Shown: positions 10,611 through 22,652, numbered from the stretch's first letter. The stretch: 64,000 nucleotides of DNA from Felis catus (GCF_018350175.1 NC_058368.1:29700001-29764000), one strand, 5' to 3'. Numbers and translations are program-made. The notes: generated from the sequence alone by a model not told the origin.

Positions 10611-12749
10611 TCTCCCCTGTCCCCAGCCACACTCTCCGGTACAGCCAATGGAGGTAAGAGACTAGAGCTGGGAAGGGATGTAGGGGGAAGGGGTCTCTGA
10701 TCTCTAGCTCCCGCATTTCATTTTTCTCTCCTACCCATCCTCCTTGCCTCCACCACAGGCTGCCGGTCCTCCAAGGGGACAAGCAGTGGCCTGATCCCTG
10801 TTGGTGACATTAGTCCAGCCGCCTGCATCCTTTCTTCCCTCAGTTCAGCTAAAGTGAGGTTGGACTGTCCCCAAAAGAATCTTTTTAGGAAGTGCACGGA
10901 ACACGAATCGAAAGCAAACAACACAGAAATACAAGAGCTGAGGATATGAATGGGATCAAAGGGAGTTGAGTCCTTATCTTAGTTTCGGTAAAGTTCTGGC
11001 CCCCACCAGTATGGCTGCTACTGCTTGCCAGGCCCCCAGGCCTCTGGTTTTCTTCCCAGCCTGTGGCTGCAAGTGTTTCCCAGAGATGCTTTCACCAGCA
11101 ACTTCTTGAGGCAGGTCCTACCTCTGTAGTCTTCATTTAATTAGGCACAAAGGCTGAGGCTCACCAGGCCACAGGATCTCCGGGAAAGGTGCCCTTGGTG
11201 AAGGCCCTCTGTCACCCAAAGAAGATTGGCAGCCCCCACACCTTCTGCAGTCCAAGATTATGTAGGATAACTTTGGAATTCCTGAGTTGCTTCCACTGAG
11301 CTCATCTGCAGGGCCAGGATCACTGACATGACCACAGCCCAGTGGAGGTCAAGACTTTTTGCCCGAACGTGTGTGTGTTTGTGTGTGTGTGGGGGGGTGG
11401 GGGGTGAGGGCAGAATTCGGATCGTTATAATGTCTTAATTTCAAAATGCCTCATGCGTATATAATGACAACACACAGAGGAGGGGGGAGCAGCAAGTGAT
11501 TTCTCTCTCTGGACCCTTGTAGACCCCCAATATTACACGAGACCCTATTGTTTGTGCAAGAAAGAAGGAGGAGGGCCTGAGCCAGGTATTGCTTCCAAGC
11601 TTCGGGCTCCAGGCCTGGGGAAGGAATATATATATTTTTAAATAGCAGAGAACAAGATAAAGGAAAATTATAACAGTTTGACAGCATAATTTTAATAAGT
11701 GTTGTTTTTTCCTGGCACAGAGATTCATCAAATCGTGGCTTGAAGCAATAGAGAGATGATAAGGGAGGGAACAAATGTTGAGACATAAGCAGTCGCCATG
11801 GTGGCCGCCTGGAATGTTGTTTGGTTGTGAGGGTTGTTCACACTGTGGATATTCCCTAATGCTTTCCCGACTCAAATGAAAAAATGATTATTTAATGTAT
11901 TCAGTTGTTCTGTCCGCTCCTGAGAGAGTGATTGTAATGGCCTTCCAGGCTGGTGGGAGTGAGGCAGCGTTCGATTCCTGGCTCCGCAGCCCCTCCTCCT
12001 CCGTCCCTCTCAGCTGCTCCCTGCTTCTCCTCTCCTGTGGGGCTGGGGTCATGCTCTGCCACCTCTCTGCCTGTGGCTGAAGCCACGATGAGCTTGGTTT
12101 TTCTGGGGTGCCTCAGAAGAAGAGTAGGGGCCACCAGGATGCCAGGGGAAGGAGAGGGGTGGTGGCTGTGGGGGCCTCCACAAAGTGGTTGAACATTCTA
12201 GAAATCCAAATGCACTCAGTTATCGTGTATCTATATGATACGGAAGCTGGCTGATTGCCAGGTGCTAGGGATACCAGTGAGAAACGGGCAGCCCTCCTCA
12301 CTGTCCTCTAAAGTGTATAATCTCCTCAGTGGTCCCTGACCTGAGCCCTGGGCCTGCTCCCAGGCAGAACTCTGAGGCAGGCTTGTCTCTGAGTGCGGTG
12401 CAGCCAGACTGGACCCCTGAACACCTCAGGATTGCAGCGATAGTTCAGGGACCTACTGGGCTGCTCCACTCCGGGAGGTGGGGAGGGGGCGTCTCGGGGC
12501 CTGATGTAGTCTCAGGCATTGCACTTAGTAGGCGGTTGGCCGGGGAAATGCCAGGCTCTGTGACGTTCCCCTGCTGCACACAGCCCTGTAAGCACGGGGC
12601 CTCTGAGTGCCCAACAAACTGCTTTCAATGGGGATAAAATCTGTCTTCCTTCTTAGCATCAATGACAGATGGTCTACAATCTTGACTACCCTAAGTAACA
12701 CCAAATAAGAACGATACACACTTTTGTGAAGGATTTCATCCTCGCAGTT

Positions 12750-13420
12750 GTCAAATCCTGTCAGTTTTCCACCTCTGCCGTGTGTCTTCTATCCATCAAT
12801 TCCCTCCTTCCCATCCCCACTGTCCTAATTCAATCTCTCATTATCTCCTGCCTAAGATGATTTCCTCAGCTTTATTACTAGTTTCTCTGCCCGCATTCTC
12901 TCTGCCTTTGAAATCATCCCACATAATGCTGCTGGATTAATCTTCTTAAAGTGTAGCTCAGATCATGTCATTCTTTGACTCAGAAACATTTTGTGACTTC
13001 TTCCTATTGTTTACTAAATTAGGAGAACACTGTTTTGGCCTCCGGCGAGGCAGGCACCTATACCAAGTGGCCACAACGTCTTGTCCTGGGTTTTCTTCTG
13101 TGGCTCACACTCACTCACTTGGCTTTTCGGCCAAGATTGGGGGCTGCAAGCTTGCTCTGTATTTTGTGGCTTCTCTGCTTTCACTTCTAGTCCTCTGGCT
13201 TGAATGTTCCCTTTTGGGATCTTAGTCTGCTGGAACTCTCATTGTCCTTCACAATGCCGTGAAAATGGGTCCTCTTTCACAAAGCCTTTCCTGTCCCCAA
13301 ATTGGATCTCAATTGTTCCTATCTTGAACCATCATGGCGAGAGTTTTGTCCTTGTCTTTCGCCAGTTGTCAGAATTAGTGGTGAGTGCCTTCTTTGGGTA
13401 GCAAGCTCGTGAGGGCAGTG
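12750..13420 (+). mobile_element. L2 LINE 3' fragment
   Basis: cccatccccactgtcc...tcattatctcctgcct...aatcttcttaaagtgtagctcagatcatgtcattctttgactcagaaac is typical L2 3' sequence. Confidence 0.7.
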
Positions 13421-13523
13421 ACTTATTCAGGAACTCAAAACGTCCATTGAATCTGGTGAGTGGACATCATATCTGTCTGTGCATTCCTGACCTGTAGGGC
13501 ATCTCAGAACAGCCTTATTGTTT

Positions 13524-13737
13524 GTTTGTTTTTAATGTTTCTTTATTTAGTTTTGAGGGAGAGAAGACAGAGTGTGAGCTGGGGAGGTGTGAGAGAGAGG
13601 GAGACACAGATTCTGAAGCAGGCTCCAGGCTCCGAGCTGTCAGCACAGAGCCTGATGCGGGACTCGGACACACGAACCATGAGATCATAACCTGAGCTGA
13701 AGTCGGATGCTCAACTGACTAAGCCACCCAGGTGCTC
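13524..13737 (-). mobile_element. Can-SINE (felid type)
   Basis: Perfect 19-bp TSD cagaacagccttattgttt at 13505-13523 and 13738-13756. Confidence 0.96.
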
Positions 13738-15415
13738 CAGAACAGCCTTATTGTTTTGTAGAAAAATAAAGCAGGGCCCTTAGATGTTCTACCAATGTGA
13801 TTATAAAGGATTAGAAATTTATATATTGTATGCATGTCCATTGATTATTACATGTGTGAACGGAAATCCAACTCGATCCAGCTTAGACAACAAAGGGGTT
13901 TATTGGAAGGACACAAGTTTGCAGAAGCGAAGAGGAAGATGAGATACCTGGGGCAGTTCCAGGGACCTCAGGGGCAGGGGTCAACAGCTCTGTGTGTTGT
14001 GCAGAAACTGTTTCCATCTCAACCTGTTTCTATTGGGAGTTAACTCGGAGGGAAGGTGGGAGGATAAACAGTGAAAAAGATGAAGGAGCATGGACTCATC
14101 TGGGTCATGTATGATCACAGAAAATGATTAAGTGGACGACAGAGCTCGGTCCTATTACTTCTGACCCAAGCTGTAAGATTTGTAGGACATTTCCTAATTG
14201 TGTCCTCTGCTTCCTGCAGAGCCAGCAGCCCCACAGGGACAGCCTGCCCCTTTCTTTTCCAGGTGGGCTGTGGGGAGAGCAGGAGCATAGGCAGGAGCGA
14301 AGCACAGGCAGGTGAGGGCTGGGGCCGGTGGTGCTTTTGGTGATGGGTGGGAGTAGGGAATGGGGTGGGCAAAGGACCAAGCTAAAGGGAAGATTGTCGT
14401 TCCAGACTAATTCTGGCTCTAGGCATGGAGCATTGGAAGCTAAGCCTTTTAATTAACAGGAGTTGATAAAAATGTCCTGGCTGCTGGAGCAATTAGATGA
14501 CTTGAAAGGGCTTAAAAGAATAACTAAAGAAGCAGGTAATGAGAGATACATGCATTTGTGAGGCTCTGACTGATGATATGAAACATCTGCCTACCAGAGG
14601 TAACCTGAATATTTAACGTTGTGAATCTATAAATATTTAACTACATTCAAATATTTAGCTACTAGAATTGCCTCTCTAAAAAATGAGATTTTTTCCCCCT
14701 GAATACGGGGCCATTTTTCTCAAGGCACAATGTCTAAGCAATTCATTTAAAAAATCATTTTTGACAACTTCCCATCGATTACAGAATACAGCCCGTTGTG
14801 TTTTGGGATCCCTTCTGATACACGGATTGGACCGGGTGTAAAGAGAGCTCTGATCTGATTATCTTTCACCACACGCAGGAGGTTAGGAGACCTCTCCCAG
14901 TTTCTTGACTTTACCAAATGTGTCCTTTTCTTGTTCTCCCCACGAGAATCTTGTGAGACTCCCCTCTGGGCAAAATCATACCCCACTGTAGAAAATCTAT
15001 GCACTTAGGGAATGGTCAACAAGAACAAGAAAGTAATAGCTAAAAATGGGGGGTGGGTGTTTGTTAAAGGTAAGGTGGGGAAGGAAAAGGTCCAGGACAT
15101 TTGGCCACATGTTCTCGGGAATAGTAATTCTAGGAGAGACTTTGCACGGACATGGAGGTCATGCGACTTAATTCCCTCGAAACTGTCTGTGCCCACACAT
15201 CCTTTGGAAAGCCTTTATTTAAAGGCTTTGAAGGTTTAAAGATTGCTGCTCTTCACATATGCTTTGGCTCTCAAATTCTCTGCTTTTGAGGGCACTTCTT
15301 CTCTCCCAACACCTTTTCTGCCTTCAAATTTAAGGGACCACCCTTTACACAGGGCAAAAACTAAAGTAAGTTTCCATCTGTCTCTGTTAATTCTATCATT
15401 ATTGTGTACAGCTCT

Positions 15416-15905
15416 TGTATTAGTGAGGGTTCTCCAAAGAAACAACACCAGCATGATAGAGATATAGATACAGACAGATAGCTATAAAAAGGTATTTATT
15501 ATAAGAACAGGCTCATGGGATTATGGAGGCTAAGAAGTCTCACGATCTGCTCTCTGCACGCTGAAGAACCAGGAAAGCCGATGGTGTAAGTCCAAGTCCA
15601 AGAATCCTGGTCTGAGACCAAAGATCTGATGAACCAGAAGTGCCAACGTCTAGTGTCCAAAGACAGGAGAAGAGGGATGCCTCAGCTCAAGCAGAGAGAT
15701 GGAATTCACCTTTCTTCTACTTTTTTGTTCTATTCAAGCTGTGGGATTGGATGGTACCAACCTTCACTGGAGGGGGTGCTCTTTTCCACTCAGTGTACCA
15801 ATTCAAATACTAATCTCTTCTGGAGATACCCTCACAGACACACGCAGCAACAATGTTTTACCAGCTATTTGGTTAGCCTAGTCAGGCTGACACAAAAAAT
15901 TAACC
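15416..15905 (-). mobile_element. ERVL solo LTR (MLT2 family)
   Basis: tgtattagtgagggttctccaaagaaac...attatggaggctaagaagtctcacgatctgc...ccctcacagacacac...gacacaaaaaattaacc are MLT2 hallmarks. Confidence 0.85.
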
Positions 15906-16119
15906 TGCTTCTGTTCCTATGACGGCCTCCATGATCTCCAAACTGCTCTTGTCCACCTTAAGCGCTTCCTGCTCTATTACTTGATCAGTGGTATCCCATA
16001 TGGACTTTGGTTCTGTCTGCCACCTTAAAGAGGCTCAAGGAATTATAATGCCCTTTGAAGACGAAGGAGACACACGTATGCCAATGTATTGGCATTTCTG
16101 ATAACATCAGCGGTAGCTA

Positions 16120-16560
16120 TTGAGTTCCAGCTGGGCGCGAGGACCTTCACATAGCTCATCTTGAATCTCACAATGACTCTGAAGGTAGACAGTATTATCT
16201 CTCTTTTACATTTGAAGCCACTGGATGCTGAAGCCCATGCTCTTCCCTTTCCCACACATGGAGAGGTGTTCGATCACTGTCATTGGAAAGGAGAGCGGCT
16301 GAAGATGACCCACCACAGAATAATAATAATCACATGAACTGATAGTCCTGGAGCTCTTGTACTTGCCGGGCCCTCTTCTGAAGGCTTTGGAGTACGACAT
16401 CATTTCGTCCTCATGGCAACACGATGGGTGTAAGGCTACTGTTGTCCCCACTTATCGGTCGAGACACAGAAGAGGTAGAGGGCTTCCCTAATGTCACACT
16501 GGGAATGACTGTTGTAGCTGGATTCAAGCCCGGGCCATCTGGTTCCAGGTGGGCAGCCTG
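16120..16560 (-). mobile_element. Two MIR fragments
   Basis: gaatctcacaatgactctgaaggtagacagtattatctctcttttaca and ggcttccctaatgtcacac...gctggattcaagcccgggccatctggttcca. Confidence 0.65.
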
Positions 16561-17024
16561 GAACCAGTCTTCAGGTGGCTCAGAATTGGGTAGCAGGAAG
16601 GGGAAGTGCCCTCCTCATGACTTGGCCTTAAGTAGAGAGACACTACTTCACACAGAGCTATAGCCACATCCATTGTCCTCAGCACCATCGCAGCTCAGTT
16701 ACCTACAACAATGACGGGTGTGAGTTTGAGAAAACAATCACAAGGTTGGAAGCTGAGATGTGATGAGGCGCTCTGGCTGCCTGGTCCTTCTAAACACCAT
16801 CAGTCCCCAAACTACATTTTGGCCTCATCTGCCACTGACCTAAATTGTAGGTTACCGGAATCACCTTGGTGCTTTACTCTTACAGCTCTGCGTCCTTTCT
16901 CATGCACTGACTTCAGTCTGAAAATCCTATTCCCCTTTTCCTCCTGATCCTCAAGACCAGTTTAAAGTTTATTTCCTCTAATCTGACAATGTTCGTCAGA
17001 TGTAAAAGGTTTGGATTTTTCAAT

Positions 17025-17480
17025 TTAACAATTCCACTTGTAGGATTTTAAGCTAGAAAACACTTATATGAAGGATTCAAAGATTTAAGTTCGAAGACAT
17101 TCATTGCAACTTTCTTTGAAATGTCAAAAAATGGAAACAACTTGATTGTCCATTCACTGGGGAGATGGAAAGAAATTATAGCTCCTGACAATGGAATACC
17201 GTGTAGCAGCTTGAAATAAGTAAGATTGATTGGTTAGCCAGAAAGGTATTCACGATATATGGTTAAATGGGGGGGGGAGGGGGGGAACCAAAACAGGTTG
17301 TAAAACAATATGGAACGTATGAACAAATTTTCTTAAAACATAAATAGAAAAAAATAAAAGCATAAGCATAGGGAAAGTGTAGAAATACACTAAACAATTG
17401 ATAATATAAATTATCTTTGGAGGGTAGGGCTATGAGCGACATTTTCCTTTTTCTGGTACATGTGTAATATTTGATTTTTT
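17025..17480 (+). mobile_element. Ancient L1 (L1ME-like) 3' fragment
   Basis: caattccacttgtagga...ttcattgcaac...aaatggaaacaacttgattgtccattca...caatggaatac. Confidence 0.7.
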
Positions 17481-17808
17481 TTTTTTTTACAGGAGGCTGC
17501 AAATCTGCTTCCTAGGGGCATCTCTCTGGTTACCCCCTTCAGCCCCTTAGCACATTGCTTGTACCTTTTTAAGTTCTTGTTTCAATCTTGATTGTTTAAT
17601 GTATTAATCATTCCTCCTGAGCCCTAAACCCCTTGTCATTCATTTTTGTATGAGGTTAACTCATATTCAAATAGCAATATCTGATCCTGTTTTGCCTGCA
17701 AAACTGGCAGTGCCACTGTGCCTGGTCTACTGTGTCCTCGGCATGGTACCTGGCTTGCGGCTGGACCGACTTGAATTGATTTGAATTTATACTGGCATTT
17801 GGTATTTA

Positions 17809-18008
17809 TTAATTTACCTTAAAGGTTTATTTATTTTTGTGACACAGAATGTGTAGGGGGAGGGGCAGAGAGAGAGAGGGGGACAGAGGATCCAAAGCAG
17901 GTTCTGTGCTGACAGCAGCAAGCCGGATGCAGGGCTCGAACTCACAAACTGAGATCATGACCTGAGCTGAAGTCGGATGCTCAACTGACTGAGCCACCCA
18001 GGCGCCCC
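17809..18008 (-). mobile_element. Can-SINE (felid type)
   Basis: tgacctgagctgaagtcggatgctcaactgactgagccacccaggcgcccc; imperfect TSD gcatt(tg/ca)gtattta. Confidence 0.95.
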
Positions 18009-18751
18009 TGCATTCAGTATTTAGAAACTGGCTGATTTGCTGCTTCACATGAACACATATTCATTGTATTTATATATTTTTTCACTTATATTTAGAAACT
18101 TATATTTATTCACACTTTTGATACCATTCGCCTAATAATTCATACTCATATTTGTAAAGATAGCTCAGGCATGTGTATAATCGAACAACTACTGATGTGT
18201 CTGTACAAGGGAAAAGATCAGAAGTAGAAATTCAAGATGAATCCTAGAAGAAGTAAAGCCTGTGACATGGAAAAAAAAAAATAGGCAAACATCTAATTCT
18301 TTCTGGTTCTTGATTTCTTCTTAAGATGTGTCAACTAAAGAGAGTGAGGAGACTTGAACCAAGGCCAATGTAATTTTTTCCACCCAAGGCAAGCCTTCAA
18401 AGTGCGTGGCTCTGAGAGACACCGCTGCCAGCAGCATACGGTTGGGGGACTTTTCATCAGGATACTTCTTTAAAGACAACCCATTTGTCTGGAGGGCTTG
18501 GCCGAGCTTCTTGGTTAAGGATTTGTTCTTCTTTCTTTTCTTCATTACAGTTGTGATATTAGACCTGAGTGATTAATCTCTGACCTCAAATTTTCTGCAG
18601 GTTCAGATAAGGGTTCTCTTGTTGAACACAAGAAAATATTTTAGGTGGTCTATTTCTTATTGGAAAAAAAAAATCAAATGTGCAAACCTGGGAGCCTATT
18701 CTAGAACTCTGTGTTTCAAAGGCATGGGTGTGTTTAAAGATAAGAATGCTT

Positions 18752-18955
18752 GGGGAGCCTGGGTGGCTCGGTCGGTTAAGCGTCCGACTTCAGCTCAGGT
18801 CATGATCTCACCGTCCGTGAGTTTGAGCTCCGTGTTGGGCTCTGTGCTGACAGCTTAGAGCCTGGAGCGTGCTTCTGATTCTGTGTCTCCCTCTCTCTGC
18901 CCTTCCCCTGCTCATACTCTCTCTCTCGAAAATAAATAAACATTAAAAAAAAAAA
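18752..18955 (+). mobile_element. Can-SINE (felid type), first of a tandem pair
   Basis: TSD taaagataagaatgc at 18735-18749 and 18956-18970. Confidence 0.96.
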
Positions 18956-18973
18956 TAAAGATAAGAATGCCGT

Positions 18974-19178
18974 AGAGTGCCTGGGTGGCTCAGCCAGTTA
19001 AGGGTCTTACTCTTCATCTCAGCTCAGGTCATGATCTCACAGTTCATGAGTTCGATCTTCACATCTGGCTCTGTGCTGTTGGTGCAGAGCTTGCTTGGGA
19101 TTCATTCTCTCTCCCTCTCTCCCTGGCCCTCCCCCGCTTCTACTCTCTCTCTCTCTCAAATAAATTAAAAAAAAAAAA
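18974..19178 (+). mobile_element. Can-SINE, second of the tandem pair
   Basis: gtgcctgggtggctcagccagttaag head, CT tract, poly-A; flanked by aagaatgcc at 18963-18971 and 19179-19187. Confidence 0.95.
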
Positions 19179-19574
19179 AAGAATGCCAGCTCTCTCCATT
19201 CACTTTTGGGAGGAAAGCCTGAGAAACAGACATCCATGGATGGATCCGAGGGATGGCAGGGAGCAGAGCCAGTCTTTGGGATTTCCACCTGCCAGGCCTG
19301 GACAGAGTCTGTCTCTCTACCGGCCCTGGCAGGAGGCCAGCCTTGCCTAGCGTGTGAGAGTTAAGGTCAAGGCTCAGAAATAGCAATGGCAATTCAGCTC
19401 TGGATAGGCATCGTAAGTAATTTTTAAGTAATTTCAAATTAGAGCGCATTAGAACATTAGGTCCACAAGGGATCTCAGAGATTGTCTTGTTTCCCAAAGT
19501 TCTGCAGGATATTTTTAGGTGTTCAGAAATAAGGGGGGAGGCGTTCCATGGCTGTGTAAGACTGAGAGATGCTG

Positions 19575-20026
19575 GATGTAGCAGCTGCTGTCGGTGTCCT
19601 GCTTCAGCACAAGAGACTGACTCCCAGCAACTCTTGTCAGTATGTCTCAGGCTCTCCCTGAAGCCATGGAAGGCCCATCTGTCCTCACATCATGGGCCAT
19701 GGGTGGCAGCAGAGGCTTGACGTCCACCCAAAACAGCCCTTAAACTCTGCCTAGTGAGAGCTGGCATATAAACATCCCTGCAGTCTTGCCCCTCAGGTGG
19801 GATAACTGTGGCGTGTGCTCTCTGCTGGATCTTGCTGTTTCCCTAGGGGGACTGGGTTCCAGCTGCCCCCCCTGGCAGCTGTCTTAATAATGCGTTCTTC
19901 AAGGCTGCCTTCCCGTCTCTACCTTGCTTCCCAATTTCCTTGCTGTGTTTCCCTTCATTTCCCAAATCAATTACTTGCACTCAAATCCTTGTCTCAGCTT
20001 CTGCTTCAGGAGCCCAAAGTAAGATA
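19575..20026 (+). mobile_element. ERVL solo LTR (LTR16-like)
   Basis: 3' end cccaaatcaattacttgcactcaaatccttgtctcagcttctgcttc...cccaaagtaagata matches the recalled LTR16 terminus. Confidence 0.75.
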
Positions 20027-20059
20027 ACTGAGTAAAGAAAAAAAATGAACAAATGTTTT

Positions 20060-20220
20060 TACTGTAGAACTTTCCAGAGCCTTTACTATGCTAATGTGCT
20101 TTGCGACTATTTAAGAGGGACATTCACTCTGCAATATTTCCCAAATAATTGCCTACAAAACTATATCCCTGCTCCCACAGATCTCTCTTGAGACTAGTAT
20201 TCCAAGAAAAATATTTTGAG
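20060..20220. mobile_element. hAT-Charlie-type MITE fragment
   Basis: tttccagagcctttactatgctaatgtgc...tttcccaaa...gactagtattcc; subfamily uncertain. Confidence 0.5.
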
Positions 20221-20589
20221 AGTCAACTTCTTTATTTTACTAGTGAGAGTATCATCAATCTCCACATTTTGCTGACAAGAGGACTAATCCTAGGAAAGTT
20301 AAGTATTCATCTAACGTGTCACAGCCACGGGTGACAGAATTATGCTTAGGATCTAGCTTTTTTCTTCATTCTTCTCCATACAATTTTGCATCTGTAGCTC
20401 ATTCCGGATCAGCCTCGTGTCAGAATTCCAAGGTCAAAGAACATGGAGTCGGGAGTTTAGTTTCAGGGGTTCTATCCGGTCTCCATCACCAGCCAGCTGT
20501 GCCCCTCTGCTTATTCACTCACAGTAATCCTTTGTCTTACCTTCTTCATCTATGAAACCAGATGGTTAAATTAGCTGACTTGAAAAAAA

Positions 20590-21185
20590 ATTGTGGTAAA
20601 TTATATACGACAGAATTTACCATTTAACCTGCTCTTAGTTGTACAGTTCGGTGGCACTAAGTACATTCACAGTGTTGTGCAGCCATCACCATCCTTCACC
20701 TCCAGAACTTCCCCATCTTCCCAAACCGAAACTCTGTACCCATGAAACACTAGCTCCCCATTCCTCCCTGCCCTCTAGCCTCTGACAACCTCCATCTTAT
20801 TTTCTGTTTCTATGAATTTGACTATTCCAGGTACATCATATAAGTGGAATTATACTGTTTTTGTCTTTTTTTGTGACTGGCTTATTTGAGTTAGCATAAT
20901 GTCCTCAATGTTCATCCATGTTGTAACATGTTGCAGAATTGCCTTCCTTTATAAGGCTAAATGATATTTCATTGTGTGTCTATACCGCATTTTGCTTATC
21001 TGTTCATTTGTCAATGGGAGGTGGGTTGTGTCCACATTTTACCCACTGTGAATAATGTTGCTATAAACATGGGTGTACAAATATCTCTTTGAGACCCTGA
21101 TTTCAGTTCTTTTGGGTGTATACCCATACACGGAATTGCTGGATGATATGGCAATTCTATACATTTTCTATAAACTTTTGGGAGT
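20590..21185 (-). mobile_element. L1MB-like 3' end
   Basis: ttgtggtaaattatata...gtacagttcggtggcactaagtacattcacagtgttgtgcagccatcacc...aaactctgtacccat. Confidence 0.88.
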
Positions 21186-21700
21186 CTGACTCTTAAAAGG
21201 GGAAAAAGAGAAAATTAAAGGAAGGGGGGAAGGATGTCAACACTTTAAATCCCTTGAAGTCACTTTAGTTAGAGGGGGAATGGCTTGGAGCAATGGTGGC
21301 AGGTACAACAACAATGGCTGCCTGCCTCTTTGTTGGAGTCTCTGATCAGAAGCAGCAACCAGCAATTGGAGCACAGATCCTTGATATCTGAAGGACAGGG
21401 TTCTTTTGGCCTACAATGGCTCCAGCAAGCTGTGTGTTCAGTTGCTCCAGGAACACACACAAAGCTTCTTGCCACATTCCTGGGGGTGAGGGATATGGGT
21501 AGCCGCTACTGCTCTAAAAGCTGGAATTGACTGAAATTAATTAATTTATCATCTATGTCTAAAGTTGCCAACCTTCAATGGACTCCAGAGTTTCCAAAAT
21601 AGTTGTATCAGATAGATTCTGCCAGTAAAATTGCTGTCTACCTGAGGGGACAAATTCCTGGTCCTTCCTGCCCTGCCATCTTCCCAGAATCCTCTCTTTA
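21186..21700 (-). mobile_element. Isolated 5' terminus (~515 bp) of an old L1 (L1M2/L1M3-type 5'UTR)
   Basis: Minus strand starts gagaggattctgggaagatggcagggcaggaaggaccaggaatttgtcccc...ctggcagaatctatctgatacaactattttggaaactctggagtcc, matching the recalled old-L1 5' end. Confidence 0.7.
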
Positions 21701-21704
21701 GGTT

Positions 21705-22045
21705 TCATTTTTGAGGAACTACCAATTATTTTCTGTGGAGGCTGTACTGTTTTGAATTCCCAACAGCAATGCACACAAAGTCCACTTTTTCCACATCCTT
21801 GTCAACCTTTGTTATTTACTTATTTTTTATAATATCCATCCTAATAGATGTGAAGTGGTATTCATTGTGGTTTTGATTTGCGTTTCCTTAATGGTTAGTG
21901 ATGTTCAACATCTTTCCATAGGCTTATCTACCATCTGTATACCTTCTTTGGAGAAATGTTTATTTATGTTTTGGCCATTTTAAAATTGTCCTTTTTGTTG
22001 TTGAGTTGTAGTTCTTTATATGCTCTGGATATTAATTGTTGTTAT
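21705..22045 (-). mobile_element. L1 ORF2-end fragment (continuation of 20590-21185)
   Basis: ttttgaggaactacc...cccaacagcaatg...attgtggttttgatttgcgtttcc...ctttggagaaatgtttatt. Confidence 0.88.
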
Positions 22046-22087
22046 CTGACTTTTAAGGTTCCTTTCTGTCTTAACACTTACACATCA

Positions 22088-22201
22088 TTTTTATTTAAGT
22101 TTTATTTATTTAAGTAATCTCTACACCCAATGTAGGATTTGAATTCATGACCCGGAGATCAAGAGTCGCACGCTCCTCTGACTGGGTCAGCTAGGTGCCC
22201 C
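22088..22201 (-). mobile_element. Short older Can-SINE (no CT tract)
   Basis: aatctctacacccaatgtaggatttgaattcatgacccggagatcaagagtcgcacgctc...ggtgcccc. Confidence 0.88.
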
Positions 22202-22227
22202 AACATTTGTACGTCTTAAAACCACAC

Positions 22228-22428
22228 GGAGGTGCCTGGGTGGCTCGGTCGGTTAAGCGTCTGACTCTTGATTTTGGCTCAGGTCATGATCTCACGGTTC
22301 GTGAGATGGAGCCCTGCATTGGACTCTGTGCTGACAGTGTGGAGCCTGCTTGGGATTCTCTCTTTCCCTCTCTCTCTGCCCTTCCCTCGCTCTCCCTCCC
22401 TCTCTCAAAATAAATAAATAAACATTAA
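22228..22428 (+). mobile_element. Can-SINE
   Basis: ggtgcctgggtggctcggtcggttaagcg; TSD aaaaccaca at 22218-22226 and 22429-22437. Confidence 0.95.
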
Positions 22429-22497
22429 AAAACCACATTAAAACCATACCAACCATTAACTCAATAAGCCTTATGCTCTGTCATAGATAGCTTAGAA

Positions 22498-22652
22498 TCT
22501 GGCTATTCAAAGTGTGGTCCCCAGATTGGCAGCAACATCTGGGAGCTTGATAGAAATACAGGATCTTGGAACTCACCCCAGAGCTTCTGAGTGAGAATCT
22601 GCACTTGAACAGGGTCCCCAGGTGATTCACTGAAGCTTGAGCAACACTGCTC
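22498..22652. mobile_element. MER5A hAT MITE
   Basis: tcaaagtgtggtcccc...ctgggagcttgatagaaat...gaatctgcacttgaacagggtccccaggtgattc...ttgagcaacactgctctag. Confidence 0.8.

Noticed and set aside
16678..16697. REST/RE1-like tcagcaccat
   Set aside because: Only the left half-site matches; the GGACAG half is absent.
18735..19187. Short repeats separated by ~200-bp spacers, superficially CRISPR-like
   Set aside because: These are TSDs around SINEs in mammalian DNA; no cas genes and wrong geometry.
19836..19881. CTCF-like motifs (ccctaggggg; gccaggggggcag on minus) in the LTR16-like element
   Set aside because: Partial core matches only; not supportable without a PWM scan or ChIP.
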